The position numbers and the translations under genes were made by a program. Below are positions 19,587 through 30,600 of a stretch of DNA of 64,000 nucleotides, one piece after another (positions within the stretch are counted from its first letter, which is position 1; each line of letters begins with the position of its first letter). Where the stretch lies: positions 207-64,206 of the IMG/VR virus record IMGVR_UViG_3300032220_000132; one strand, written 5' to 3'. The DNA comes from a virus. Lineage: Duplodnaviria > Caudoviricetes. The notes under the pieces are model-generated. The model worked only from the letters and a program-made list of their open reading frames with translations. It did not search any database and was not told where the DNA came from.

Positions 19587-19885
19587 TGGGAATGCAAAAG
19601 TTCCGTGCGCCAGCCCTACCGCTTGCGACACCAGAATACGATCAACAGCAGTTATCCCAGCTTATTGGGGTTTTAAGGCTTTATTTTGGTCAATTGGACT
19701 CAACCACCCCTTTACAAGTGGACGGAATCAGGCTATTAAATCTACCAACATCAGGGTACAATTTGCCAGAAGGCACTGTATTTCAAGTTGGCGAAGACTT
19801 GCGGATTGTTGTACCTTATATTTCTTATCTATTTGGAGTATCTGCCACAGCTAGTGTGGGGACTGTAACTGTTACTATTACATGA
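19586..19885 (+). CDS. Small virion protein
   Basis: APALPLATPEYD...LRLYF; ends ATASVGTVTV. Confidence 0.65.
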   Translation: MGMQKFRAPALPLATPEYDQQQLSQLIGVLRLYFGQLDSTTPLQVDGIRLLNLPTSGYNLPEGTVFQVGEDLRIVVPYISYLFGVSATASVGTVTVTIT

Positions 19886-19919
19886 TGAACTTTAATAAAT
19901 TTAACCCTGTGAGGCCCAT

Positions 19920-20447
19920 ATGAGCTTCTTTGACAGTTTAATAGACACGCCTACCTATCAATCTCAAATAATGTCGAGACCAGCTGGCGCTCCTCAAACT
20001 GCATTGCCACAGCAACCAATGCCTCAAATGCCAGCACAAGGCATGGCAAAAGGTGGACTAACCGCTGCTAATGAGAATATTAAGCAAATCCAAATAATGA
20101 AAGTAATTGCTAATTACTTTAAGAATAAGGGTTTACCCGTAGATAAAGCAATGGCTGGAGTACAAAAGGAGATTGAAAATGGTCTCCAGTTAATTCCATT
20201 TGAGAGCTCAGTTATGGGCTTTAAACCATTAGGAAAAGACACTGCGCAGATTCATTTTTTTACAGTCGGGACAATGAAAGATCTTGCTGATGATATGCAG
20301 TATTTCTATAAGTACTTGAAAAATAAAGGTATTACTACAGTCTACGACTCTATCCCAGCACCAATAACAATCCAAATGTTCCAGCAATTAGGAGCAAAGG
20401 TAATGCGGTCTGATAATCCCAAGTACAAGTTCAAGGCTACTATATGA
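19920..20447 (+). CDS. Hypothetical protein with MAKGG motif
   Basis: Intact ORF in ejection-protein cluster. Confidence 0.6.
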   Translation: MSFFDSLIDTPTYQSQIMSRPAGAPQTALPQQPMPQMPAQGMAKGGLTAANENIKQIQIMKVIANYFKNKGLPVDKAMAGVQKEIENGLQLIPFESSVMGFKPLGKDTAQIHFFTVGTMKDLADDMQYFYKYLKNKGITTVYDSIPAPITIQMFQQLGAKVMRSDNPKYKFKATI

Positions 20448-20863
20448 CAATAGTCGCACTAAAGCCTAAAGAGCCTTCTCTCCTAGAGCAGAAAGTCAAT
20501 ACGCTTTATGAGGCAGCTATTGCTCAGCCTCAGATTAAGTGCGAAGAGAAGCATCATTTTGGACCCAATATCTATATCAAAGAAGTAACCATGCCAGCGG
20601 GTGCTTTGATTATTGGCAAGCACCATCGCATGGAGCATCTTTGCAATATGGTCTCTGGTCGGATGAGAATCCTATTAGAAGACGGCACAACCCAAGAGCT
20701 GGTAGCTCCGATGACCTTTATGGCTAAGCCAGGTCGCAAAGTGGCTTACATCATAGAAACAGTAGTCTTTCAGAACATCTATTCCACACCTGAGACGGAT
20801 ATAGAAAAGCTGGAAAATATGTGTGTAGATAACTCAAAACCTCTATTAGAGGGAGGGAAATAA
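20444..20863 (+). CDS. Cupin-fold protein
   Basis: HHFGPNIYIKEVTMPAGALIIGKHH...H motif. Confidence 0.65.
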   Translation: MTIVALKPKEPSLLEQKVNTLYEAAIAQPQIKCEEKHHFGPNIYIKEVTMPAGALIIGKHHRMEHLCNMVSGRMRILLEDGTTQELVAPMTFMAKPGRKVAYIIETVVFQNIYSTPETDIEKLENMCVDNSKPLLEGGK

Positions 20864-20864
20864 T

Positions 20865-22100
20865 ATGGCATTCGTTGCGGTAGCAGCTACAGTAGGCACA
20901 ACAATAGGACTAGGTGGCACAGCAGCCATTATTGGCGGTGGCGCACTTATTGGTGCTGGTGTTGGTGGTTTATACAGTGCCGTTACTGGTGACGGAAATA
21001 TTCTGAACAGTATGCTTACTGGCGGTCTTATTGGCGGTGCTGGGGCATTTGGATTAGGTTCATTTGGACTTGGTGGTGCAGAAGCTCAAGCATTAATGGC
21101 TGGACCATTCTGGGGAGGAGCTCCTGGAACAGTGCCGATGGTTACACCTGGGGCAGCAACTACAGTATCTACTCCAACTCCAGCATTAGAAGCTGCAAAA
21201 GGTTTAACAGCTTCTTCAAGTCCAGCAGCGTTTGAGGCGGCAGCTGCCGCTCAAGGCGTTTATCCAGAAGGAGCTGCTGCGCTTAGAGGCGCTGGCATGA
21301 CAGTTGCTCCTGATGTAGTAACACCGCAAATGATTGCTCAAGGAGCAGCACCAGTTGCTGGATCTGGACCAAGTGGGATGAAAATGCTCGGATATGGTTT
21401 AGCTGGAACTACAGCCCTGTCATTATTAGGTGGCAAACAAAAAGGACCAGGGGCAGGAACAATGCCTGATCCTGGCAGTATTCGACCATTTGAATATACC
21501 TCAACCCCAACGACACCCACAGGTGATTATCCAGCGCCATACGCTACAGCAAGATATGAGTCATCAGGTAATCCAATTCTAGATACTAGAGAACGGAATT
21601 ACTTTGATCAGGGCTTTGCTGCAATGCAACCATACTCAGCAAAAATTGGTGCAGCAAACCCAAATATACCTTTGCCATCTAGTAGCCCAATTGCTGCCGC
21701 TAGTGGTGGCATTATGAGGAACTATGACGATGAGCTAGGCGGTGATTACTCCGCTATGGGCATGGATCAAGGAAACCTACAAAAAGGTTTATTTAATATG
21801 GGATATGCCGCTGGTGGTATGACTAGCTTAGGAGGGTACTCAGATGGAGGAAGGATGCTTAAAGGTCCTGGTGATGGTATGTCTGATTCTATTCCTGGCG
21901 TTATCGGTAGCAAACAGCCAGCTCGATTGGCTGATGGGGAGTTCGTTGTTCCAGCGGATGTAGTAAGTCACTTAGGTAACGGCTCTACTGATGCTGGTGC
22001 TAAGCGCCTGTATGCCATGATGGATAAGGTTCGTAAAGCTAGAACAGGTAATAAGAAGCAAGGTAAGCAGATTAAAGCTGAGAAGTATCTTCCTGCATAA
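20865..22100 (+). CDS. Internal virion / ejection protein
   Basis: Gly/Ala-rich hydrophobic N-terminus; GPGDGMSDSIP...LADGEFVVPADVV motif. Confidence 0.7.
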   Translation: MAFVAVAATVGTTIGLGGTAAIIGGGALIGAGVGGLYSAVTGDGNILNSMLTGGLIGGAGAFGLGSFGLGGAEAQALMAGPFWGGAPGTVPMVTPGAATTVSTPTPALEAAKGLTASSSPAAFEAAAAAQGVYPEGAAALRGAGMTVAPDVVTPQMIAQGAAPVAGSGPSGMKMLGYGLAGTTALSLLGGKQKGPGAGTMPDPGSIRPFEYTSTPTTPTGDYPAPYATARYESSGNPILDTRERNYFDQGFAAMQPYSAKIGAANPNIPLPSSSPIAAASGGIMRNYDDELGGDYSAMGMDQGNLQKGLFNMGYAAGGMTSLGGYSDGGRMLKGPGDGMSDSIPGVIGSKQPARLADGEFVVPADVVSHLGNGSTDAGAKRLYAMMDKVRKARTGNKKQGKQIKAEKYLPA

Positions 22101-22553
22101 ATGCTACAGAGCGCCCAGTCATATGAAGCCAAGCAAAAAGCAGCAGAGATATTGCTTGAACATGTTGGGGTGCAACCTTGCGGTGATTTAGAAGCATTGT
22201 TTTGGGTAGATGAAGAGAATAAAATTGAATGGGTAGTAGGGTTTACGGCTTTTATAGGAAAGACTTGCCAGATGCACGTTATAAACCTAGTAGATTCGTA
22301 TACCCCAAAAGGGTTGTTATTTGGAGCATTTGATTTTCCATTTAACTATCTAGGCGTAGAGAAAATAATTGCCATAGTTAATAGTCTTAATACTAGGGCT
22401 ATGAACTATGACAAGAAATTAGGCTTTACCGAGGTTGTGCGTTTAGAAGGTATGCACGATGATGGTGGAGATTTGGTAGTTTTAGAAATGAATAAAGCTG
22501 ACTGTCGCTGGATTAGGGAGCGTGTAAAACATGAAACAGAATTGGTCTCGTAG
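22101..22553 (+). CDS. GNAT-fold acetyltransferase-like protein (T7 gp13 position)
   Basis: FDFPFNYLGVEKI...NTRAMNYDKKLGFTE GNAT motif. Confidence 0.7.
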   Translation: MLQSAQSYEAKQKAAEILLEHVGVQPCGDLEALFWVDEENKIEWVVGFTAFIGKTCQMHVINLVDSYTPKGLLFGAFDFPFNYLGVEKIIAIVNSLNTRAMNYDKKLGFTEVVRLEGMHDDGGDLVVLEMNKADCRWIRERVKHETELVS

Positions 22554-24675
22554 AGAGTTAGAAGCCTTTGGTGAGCCCCTAGGCGATAGCGTCACCCAGC
22601 GTAAGCTCGGTGGTGGATACATTTGCGGTGGCGGTGGTAAGGGCGGTGGCGGTGGTGGTGGTAGTCCTCCCCCAGCCAGCCAGACTGTGACTCAAACCTC
22701 AATCCCTGAGTATGCCCGCCCATATGTGGAGACCATGCTTGGCAAGTCCGAGGCTCTCACAGATATTAACCAGAATCCTTATCAAGCCTACGGTGGTCAG
22801 CGGATTGCTGGGTTTAATCCAATACAAGAACAAGCGTTTCAAAACATTACCAACCAGCAAGTAGCTGGTCAGGTTGGCGCTGGAACTGCCATGGCTGGAG
22901 CAGCTGGCTTAGGCTCATTAGGCGCAGGGGCAGACTATCGCAACATGGCTACCAACCCTAATGCGACTGCTGCTTATATGTCTCCTTACATGCAGAATGT
23001 CGTAGACGTTCAGAAGAATGAGGCGTTTCGTGACGCCCAGATGCGTAACATTGGTGCAAATCTTGGCGCTGCCCGTCAAGGAACCTATGGTGGTGCTAGA
23101 CAACTATTGGCTGAGCAGGAAAGAAATCGCAACCTTCAACAGCAGATGGCAAACATTCAAGCCACTGGAACGCAGAACGCTTTCCAAGCGGCTCAACAAG
23201 CTCAACAGTTTGGCACAACCGCTGGTTTACAAGGTTACGGACAGGCTCTTCAAGGCGCTGGCGCTTTGGGTCAGCTTGGTCAAACTCAATTTGGTCAGCA
23301 ACAGGCTATTAATCAGGGACTACAAAACGTAGGCGCTGTGCAACAAGCTCAGGCTCAGCAAGGTCTAGACTTGGCATATCAGGATTTCCTCAAACAGCGT
23401 AACTACCCATATCAGCAATTGGCATTTATGTCGGATATGACCCGTGGTATTCCTTTATCTCAGGCTGCCCAACAGGTATATACAGCACCTCCAAGTGCAG
23501 CATCCCAGCTTGGCGGTCTAGGTATGTCAGCCCTAGGTATCTACGGCATGTCAGGCGGATTTAAGGCTAAAGGCGGTCAGATTAAAGAGATGGCTAAGGG
23601 TGGTCTAGCCTATGCTACTGGCGGTGACATTAAGACAATGACTACTGATCAGTTAGAAGCTCTTCTAGAAAATCCAGGCCTAACTCCGCTAGAAGTAGAC
23701 ATGGTTGAAAAGCAGTTAATGGTTCGTAGACGCATGGCAATGAACCCTGAATCGGATCAAATCATGGCTCCTGCCTTGCGTTCTGGTATTGCCAGCATCG
23801 CTACAGGCGATATGGTTCCAGAGGAAATGGCTGGTGGCGGTATCGTAGCGTTTGCCACGGGCAATAAGGTTCAAGACAAGTTTGCTGCTTACGAAGACAT
23901 GATGTTAGAAGACATCAAGAGACGGCAAAAGGCCTTAGAGCAAGGTGATCCGTATGCAAAAGCAGAGGCTGAAGAAGCTAATATTAGGAAAAGCCTACAG
24001 AAAAACAGAGAAACTGCACCATACCGAGCACTAGCCATGGCTGGTCTTGGAACAATGGCTGGCACATCTCAAAACGCCTTATCTAACCTAGGACTAGGTG
24101 GTATTGAAGGATTGAAGAGCTACGCCCAAGCTATGCGTGAACAGGATGAAGGTCAGAAACTACTCTTGCAACAGGCTGGTGATCGTGAGAAGTCTAAGTT
24201 TGCTCGTGAGACTGCGTTGCTTGGATCTCAGCAGACTGCCCTTGGTCAGATGCTTGGTCGCAGGGCTTCGGCTGAGGCATCGGCTGCTGCCCGTGCAGAA
24301 ACTGCATCTAGAAACAAGCAGTTAGATTTTACAAGAGCGCAGACTGCCTATAACAGCTTATATAACAATGCCTTAGACAATCTAAAGGATACGGCTAAGC
24401 CTGGTGGCGTTAATTACAGGAAGTACAAAGACGATCCTACCGCAATGAACAGGGATGCCCGTGCTGCTGCAATGAACGAACTATCACCACAACTGCGTGA
24501 TACTCTTGGCTTCCAAGCTCCAACAGCCACAGGTACTCTTCCTCCAGCAGCACCTGTAAAAGCACCTCCAAAAGCAGCTGTTCAGCAGTTAAAAAATATG
24601 GATACTCCTGAAACAAGAAAGCAATTTGATGCTATATTTGGTCCTGGTGCAGCGCAAAGAGCGCTAGGCAAATAA
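22531..24675 (+). CDS. Internal virion / ejection (DNA pilot) protein
   Basis: GGGGKGG N-terminus, YMSPYMQNVV, Gln/Gly-rich, QRNYPYQQL. Confidence 0.75.
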   Translation: MKQNWSRRELEAFGEPLGDSVTQRKLGGGYICGGGGKGGGGGGGSPPPASQTVTQTSIPEYARPYVETMLGKSEALTDINQNPYQAYGGQRIAGFNPIQEQAFQNITNQQVAGQVGAGTAMAGAAGLGSLGAGADYRNMATNPNATAAYMSPYMQNVVDVQKNEAFRDAQMRNIGANLGAARQGTYGGARQLLAEQERNRNLQQQMANIQATGTQNAFQAAQQAQQFGTTAGLQGYGQALQGAGALGQLGQTQFGQQQAINQGLQNVGAVQQAQAQQGLDLAYQDFLKQRNYPYQQLAFMSDMTRGIPLSQAAQQVYTAPPSAASQLGGLGMSALGIYGMSGGFKAKGGQIKEMAKGGLAYATGGDIKTMTTDQLEALLENPGLTPLEVDMVEKQLMVRRRMAMNPESDQIMAPALRSGIASIATGDMVPEEMAGGGIVAFATGNKVQDKFAAYEDMMLEDIKRRQKALEQGDPYAKAEAEEANIRKSLQKNRETAPYRALAMAGLGTMAGTSQNALSNLGLGGIEGLKSYAQAMREQDEGQKLLLQQAGDREKSKFARETALLGSQQTALGQMLGRRASAEASAAARAETASRNKQLDFTRAQTAYNSLYNNALDNLKDTAKPGGVNYRKYKDDPTAMNRDARAAAMNELSPQLRDTLGFQAPTATGTLPPAAPVKAPPKAAVQQLKNMDTPETRKQFDAIFGPGAAQRALGK

Positions 24676-24690
24676 TTCGAGGATTAAACC

Positions 24691-27600
24691 ATGGCGATTA
24701 AGCCTGAGAACGTCAACCCGTTTGCAAAATACGTTGAAGAACCAGCTGAAGCGCCTCCCGAAAACCCGTTTGCCAAGTATCTTCAGATATCCCAACTAGA
24801 AGAAGCAACCAAGAAGTACGAAGAAGAAGTACCTTTTTTACAACGTGTTACTGATCCATTACAAGCTGGAATTGCAAGAATTCCTGGGATACTGCCAGGA
24901 TTAGAAGTATCAGCTATTCAGAAACAAATCAACGCCATACGAGAAGGTAAGGGCGGTCCCCGTGATCCTATTACAGGCGAGTCGCTACCTTTTCAGCCAG
25001 AAGAAGCTGATGCAGCAATTAAGATGTTGCAAGCCCAGCAATCAGAGGCACAGAAGAAAGTCATGGCTGCTCAGGCAGAGGCTGGTAAATACCAAACTAG
25101 ACCAGCAGTAGCTGCGCTTGGCAATGCAAAAACAGCAAGAGAGGCGTTTGATTTATTCCAAGTAGACCCATTAGGGGTAATGTCTAGCGTATCCCTAGAA
25201 AGTCTCCCACAAATGGGTCCAGCCCTTATCTTGGGTGCGGTTACTAGAAACCCCACGGTAGGTGCTTTAGCAATGGGTAGCACCAGCTTTGCTGGAGAGT
25301 TGTCCTCTGGAATTACTGAGTACTTTCAAGATAAGGGTGTAGATGTTAAAAACCCAGTAGCGGTCAATAAAGCCTTAAATGATCCAGTTTTGTTTGCAGA
25401 GGCATATAACCACGCTCTAACACGGGCATCTATCATTGCTCCATTAGATGCGGCATCTGCTGGTTTAGCCAGCAAAATGCTGGTTCCCAAGCAAGTTATA
25501 AAAAATCAGTTCGCTAAGGAAGCTCTTAATATTGGCGTAGCCCAGCCTGTTGCTCAGATGATTAGTGGTGCTGGCGGTGAGGCATTAGCCCAGTTAGCCA
25601 CAGAAGGTGAGATAACCAAGCCTGGTCAAGTATTAATGGAGGCAGCTGGAGAAGGACCATCTAGCGTTCTTGAGACGGCAGCCTTTGGCGGTAAAGAAGC
25701 ATATGATCGTTTAAAAGCTAGTCAGCCACCTGCACCACCAGTTCCACCAGCTCCAACTGTAACAGGTGCTCCACCAGCAGTTCCTCCAGCTGCACCAACT
25801 GATTTAGCTCCAACAGTTGAAGAGGATGACTTAGCTCCATCAGCCATAGTTCCTCCTAGCGTAGTAGCTCCATTGGCTGGTATGGTATCTACAGAAGGCT
25901 TAGACCCAGCAATTGCACAGCAAGTAGAAAGTCTTAAAGCCGAACTCCTAATGATTGAAAATAGGAGAACAGACCCTACTCGCAACGTCAGCGAAATGGA
26001 ATTAGAATTTTTGGCACAAAGAGAAGCCGAAGTTGCCAAAGAAATTACTGCCTTATTAACTCCTAAAGCACCAGAAACTTTAGTAACTCCAGTAACTCCA
26101 GAAGCTCCTGTTACGCCTCCTGTTACACCTCCTGTTGCACAACTAGATTTAATTGGCAGATTGCAAGAGTTTGGCGAGGTTATTGAGTCACGGCAAGATG
26201 CAGAGACTCGTTTCTCTAACGGGGAACAAATATACGCCTTCTCAGAACAAGACGAGCAGCCATTCCTTATTCGCAATATAGATGAAATATCGGCTTATAC
26301 GCCAGATAGACTGTTGGCTTTGCCTGCTGCAGTAGCGGAGGAAGTAACTACTGAGCCAGAGGTTGCTACTACAAACCAAGTATTTTCAAATGATGGTTTG
26401 CAAATTTTTGCTGGTAAAAATAAAGAAGGAACTTTTGTAGCAACAAAAGGTAACCTTGGTGATGGCACTGAAAAGACTTTATTACTTGATAAAGACGGAA
26501 ACACCTTTTGGGGCGATAGAAAAGAAAGTATTAACCCAACAACTGGTGAACGCACAATTGTTGGCGCTGATAAAGATGCAACTCCAGCAACATTTGCTAC
26601 AGCAAAAGAAGCTCGTTCTGCTGGTGAAAGAACTTTAGAGGCTGTTCCAGCTGTAGAGGAAACGCCAGCAGAGCCTACCAAAGAAGAGCAGATTGCTATT
26701 AACAAAGCTCGTCAGGAAGAGCAAAGAGCTGCTGCAGAAGCTGAGAAAGCTGAAAAGGAAAAAGCTGAAAAGGAAAAAGCGCCTACTGAGGAAGAGATAG
26801 CCAAACCTACTGGTGGGCCAGCTATTGGAGGACCAGCTGCCCCTACTGGTGGACCAGCTGCGCCTAAAAAGGTAGCTCCAACGGAGGAAGAGAAGAAAGA
26901 AAAAGAAGAGGAAAAGAAAGCTAAAGAGGAAGAGAAGAAGGCTAGAGAAGAAGAGAAGAAAGCCAAAGAAGAAGAGAAGGCTCAAAAAGAAGAGCAAAAA
27001 AAGAAGATAGCTGAATTAAACACAAACCCAATGAAGGTTGCCATGGAAACTGGCAATGCGGATGCGGTTGCAACACTCCTATACGGACATGCTGTTGATG
27101 AAAATTTACATCCAGTTATCTTCCCAGAAGAGATGCTGTTGCGTATTCCAGTCGAAACAACTCTTCTAAGTCAGATAGAAGACCAATTAGTTAAAAACAA
27201 ATTCCGCATTACTGACAGAGCAGTTCCAGCAAAAACAGACGATCCGTCCTATGTAGGTCCTGAAAGAATTACTATATCTGCGTTATATAACCCAGAAAAA
27301 GTAAGCATACAGGGTGGTGGTGCTGAATTTTTTAACAACCGTAAAGGACAAATTACTGCTGCTCCATTACCAAAAGATGCCACAGAAAAACAAAAAGATG
27401 CGCTGGTAACTGAATTGTTAGATTTGGCAAACCCCAAAAAATTATTAGACATTCAATCGAATCCAAAAAACACATTTGGCGCATTGATGTTTAAAGAGGG
27501 GTTGGTATCTAAGATAAAGTCACCTGGAGACTATCTCTTTGAGTTAATTAACTTGAATGCAAGAGCTGGCGGACAGTTCAATACTTACATTCCTTCTAAA

Positions 27601-30600
27601 GCAGGAAATCGCCAAGCAATCAAATTAGTCATAGATGATGGCAAAGAACAGTTAGTTAGAAAACTATTAGTAGATTATGTAACGTCTTTACAGACCCTAC
27701 AAGCTGTAATTAACGAGCATTCTAATGTTACCCCTTTATACGATGCATTGGTGGCAAAGTATGTAAAGGATGAGAATGCAGACCGCATACCTGACATATA
27801 TACACCAGAGGGTGTAGATTTAAGAAATAAAATTGAAGATGTTAGGCTGTATCAATACATTCCAAGATTGTTTCTTTTGTTTAGCCTTGATGAAAACTCT
27901 ACTGATCAAACAAACCGAATTGTAAAGAAAGACGCAGAGACTCCACCAGAGTTAGGTAACATCATTCGCCGTGGTATGCGTGATCATCGGCAAGGTCGAG
28001 ATGTAGATGTACAAGACTTTTTGCAAACATTTAAATTTTTACCAGGCGGTATTGACTTTGGTAATTGGGTTAATCAGTCAGAACGTGCAGCCCATCTAAA
28101 CGCTATTTACGATGCGATGTATGACTTAGCAGATATTGCTGGTATAGCGCCAGAGATGCTAGGCTTGAATGAAAAGTTAAAACTAGCTGTAGGTGCACAG
28201 GGTCGTGGTGGCAAAACTGCGGCTTGGTTCGTTCCTCAATACAACGAAATCAACTTAACAAAAACAAAGGGAGACGGAACACTAGGGCATGAATGGCAAC
28301 ACGCATTAGATTGGAATTTAAGAACATCTGCCAACGGAAAAGTCTTAATGGCTGATACGGCACATACTCTACAAAATATGATTACTGTAGAAAGAGTAGA
28401 AAATAATTTACGGTCAATCTTAACCAATACAGCCAATAGTGAAAATAACCGTAATACGCCACCTAAAAAAGCATTTTTTAATGCTATTTCAAATAGTCGA
28501 TATGGTGAAGCAGACATCTATCGTAGCTCTTTTACTGATACACAATTTTACAAAGATGCTTTGGAATTAGACAGAGGTAGAGATAAACCCTATTGGAGCA
28601 CTCCAGTAGAATTGTTGTCTAGGTCTTTTGAATCTTTAATATATGATCTATCAAAAGGTGGATCTCCATATCTAGTTGGACCAACAGTAGCCGATGGATA
28701 TGTATCTAAAAAGAATGGTTATCTTGGCACTACTTATCCAGCTGGTAAAGAGCGCCCTGTAATCAATCAAATATATCAACAGATGTTGGATCAAATTGAT
28801 CCTAAGACTTTAGAGATAAAAACATACAAAATAGAAAATCAAATTATTGCGGTTGAAGAGTTAGGTTATGCAGTAGTTGATCAGTATTACCTTGATCGTG
28901 GTCGACTAGGTGGTTTAAATTGGTTTAAAACAAAAGAAGAAGCAAAAGAAGCTAAAGAACAACGTGACGGCACAGAAGCAATATTAACGCCACGGCTAAT
29001 GCAAATTAGCAAGGTTAATCAAAGCATCATTAACATGGCACAACGTATTGATGCCATTATGGATGAGATGGGCTTGTTTAAGTGGCCTGAAATCAAAAAT
29101 GGCTCAATGGCTGAATCCATGTTCTACCATATGCGTCAAGGCTGGTGGCCCAAGAACAACCGTGAACTAGCTGAGTATGGCATCAAAGCGTATTTGCAAG
29201 CTCCTGAGCTATTGGGATTTAACCCTGCTAAAAACCAAAGGGAAATAGACAACTACAAAATTGCTGATTTTGAAGGTGATCGAGTTAAGTTAAAACAAAC
29301 TCAAGAAGACTTTGAGGCAGCAGCGGTTCGGTTTATTAGCCAAGTCATTACAGATATGCGATCAGAAGGTTCTGATACCAAAGCTATCTATGACCATATT
29401 GTTGGCTTATACCAAAATCAACCTACATTAGATGTTAAGTCAGTATTAAGCGTATCCAATAATGCTTACTCTACGCCTTTGCCGATTGCATACCTTGCTG
29501 GCATGTTATCTCGTGTTAAATCGACTACAACAGTATTAGATCCAACTGGCGGTAATGGAATGCTGGTTGTTACGGCTAATCCTAAAAACGTAACAACAAT
29601 AGAGATAGACCCACATCGTGTTAACAATTTAGAGTTAATGCAAATAGGAGATGTGATTGAAGGTGATGCATTAGTAAAAATAAAAGACATACAAGACCAA
29701 AAGGTAGACGTAGTTCTTACAAACCCTCCATTTGGATCACTTCCAACGCCTGTAGATGTTAAGTCTTGGACAGGACAAAATTACAAGATTGGTGCAATAG
29801 ATCAACTGATTGCTGCAGAATCATTGCGAACAATGGCAAATGACGGTAGAGCAGTTTTAATACTCGGATCTCATGTCAAGCCAAACACTATTACATCAAC
29901 AGATAGAGTGTTTTTAAATTGGTTATACGGCAATTACAATGTTGCTGACCACTTTGAAATTGCTGGAAATTTATATCGTAAACAAGGTGCGTCTTTTCCG
30001 TTGCGTGTCTTGGTTATTGCTGGAAGAAATCAAACGGACAATGTTTTCCCAAATGATTTTGTTGTCAATAGAATAAATTCATTTGATGAATTGTGGAGCA
30101 GATATGTTCAAGCCAGTGATCGTAGCGAACAAGTCGTGGTGGGTACCAGAAAATTACGGGGACCTGCTGGCGGTGCAGATAGAACAACCAGAACAGTACC
30201 AACAGGCGATAATCTCCAAGATGGCGAAACTAGCGGAGGAATGGGGAGGACTGGAGAGGGCGCTGGCATCGGCGAACAATTACCTCCGACAGGAGGGGTC
30301 AACGTACCTCCCAGTGCCAGTGGACGTGGAACAGCTGGTGGAGTTCGTGATACAGAACAACAGCAGGATAGCGGAGAAGATCAACGAGGGAGACCCAGAG
30401 GTGGCGAACCCAGCACCGCAGAAAGAAGCGATATATCTGGTGAAGAATCAAGCACTGAACTGGGAGGACTTTCTGACCTAGAGCTAGACGATATATTTAA
30501 TAGCTTAGGCAAAAAACCAAAAACAGGAACAACGACACCAAAAGGAGAGCCTAAAGGTGTTAGAGGTCCAAGAGCTCCTAAAGGAGCAGCTAAAACTAAA

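Noticed and set aside
26700-27010. Tandem EEKKAKEE and GGPAAP repeats
   Set aside because: Ordinary low-complexity linker within the giant protein.
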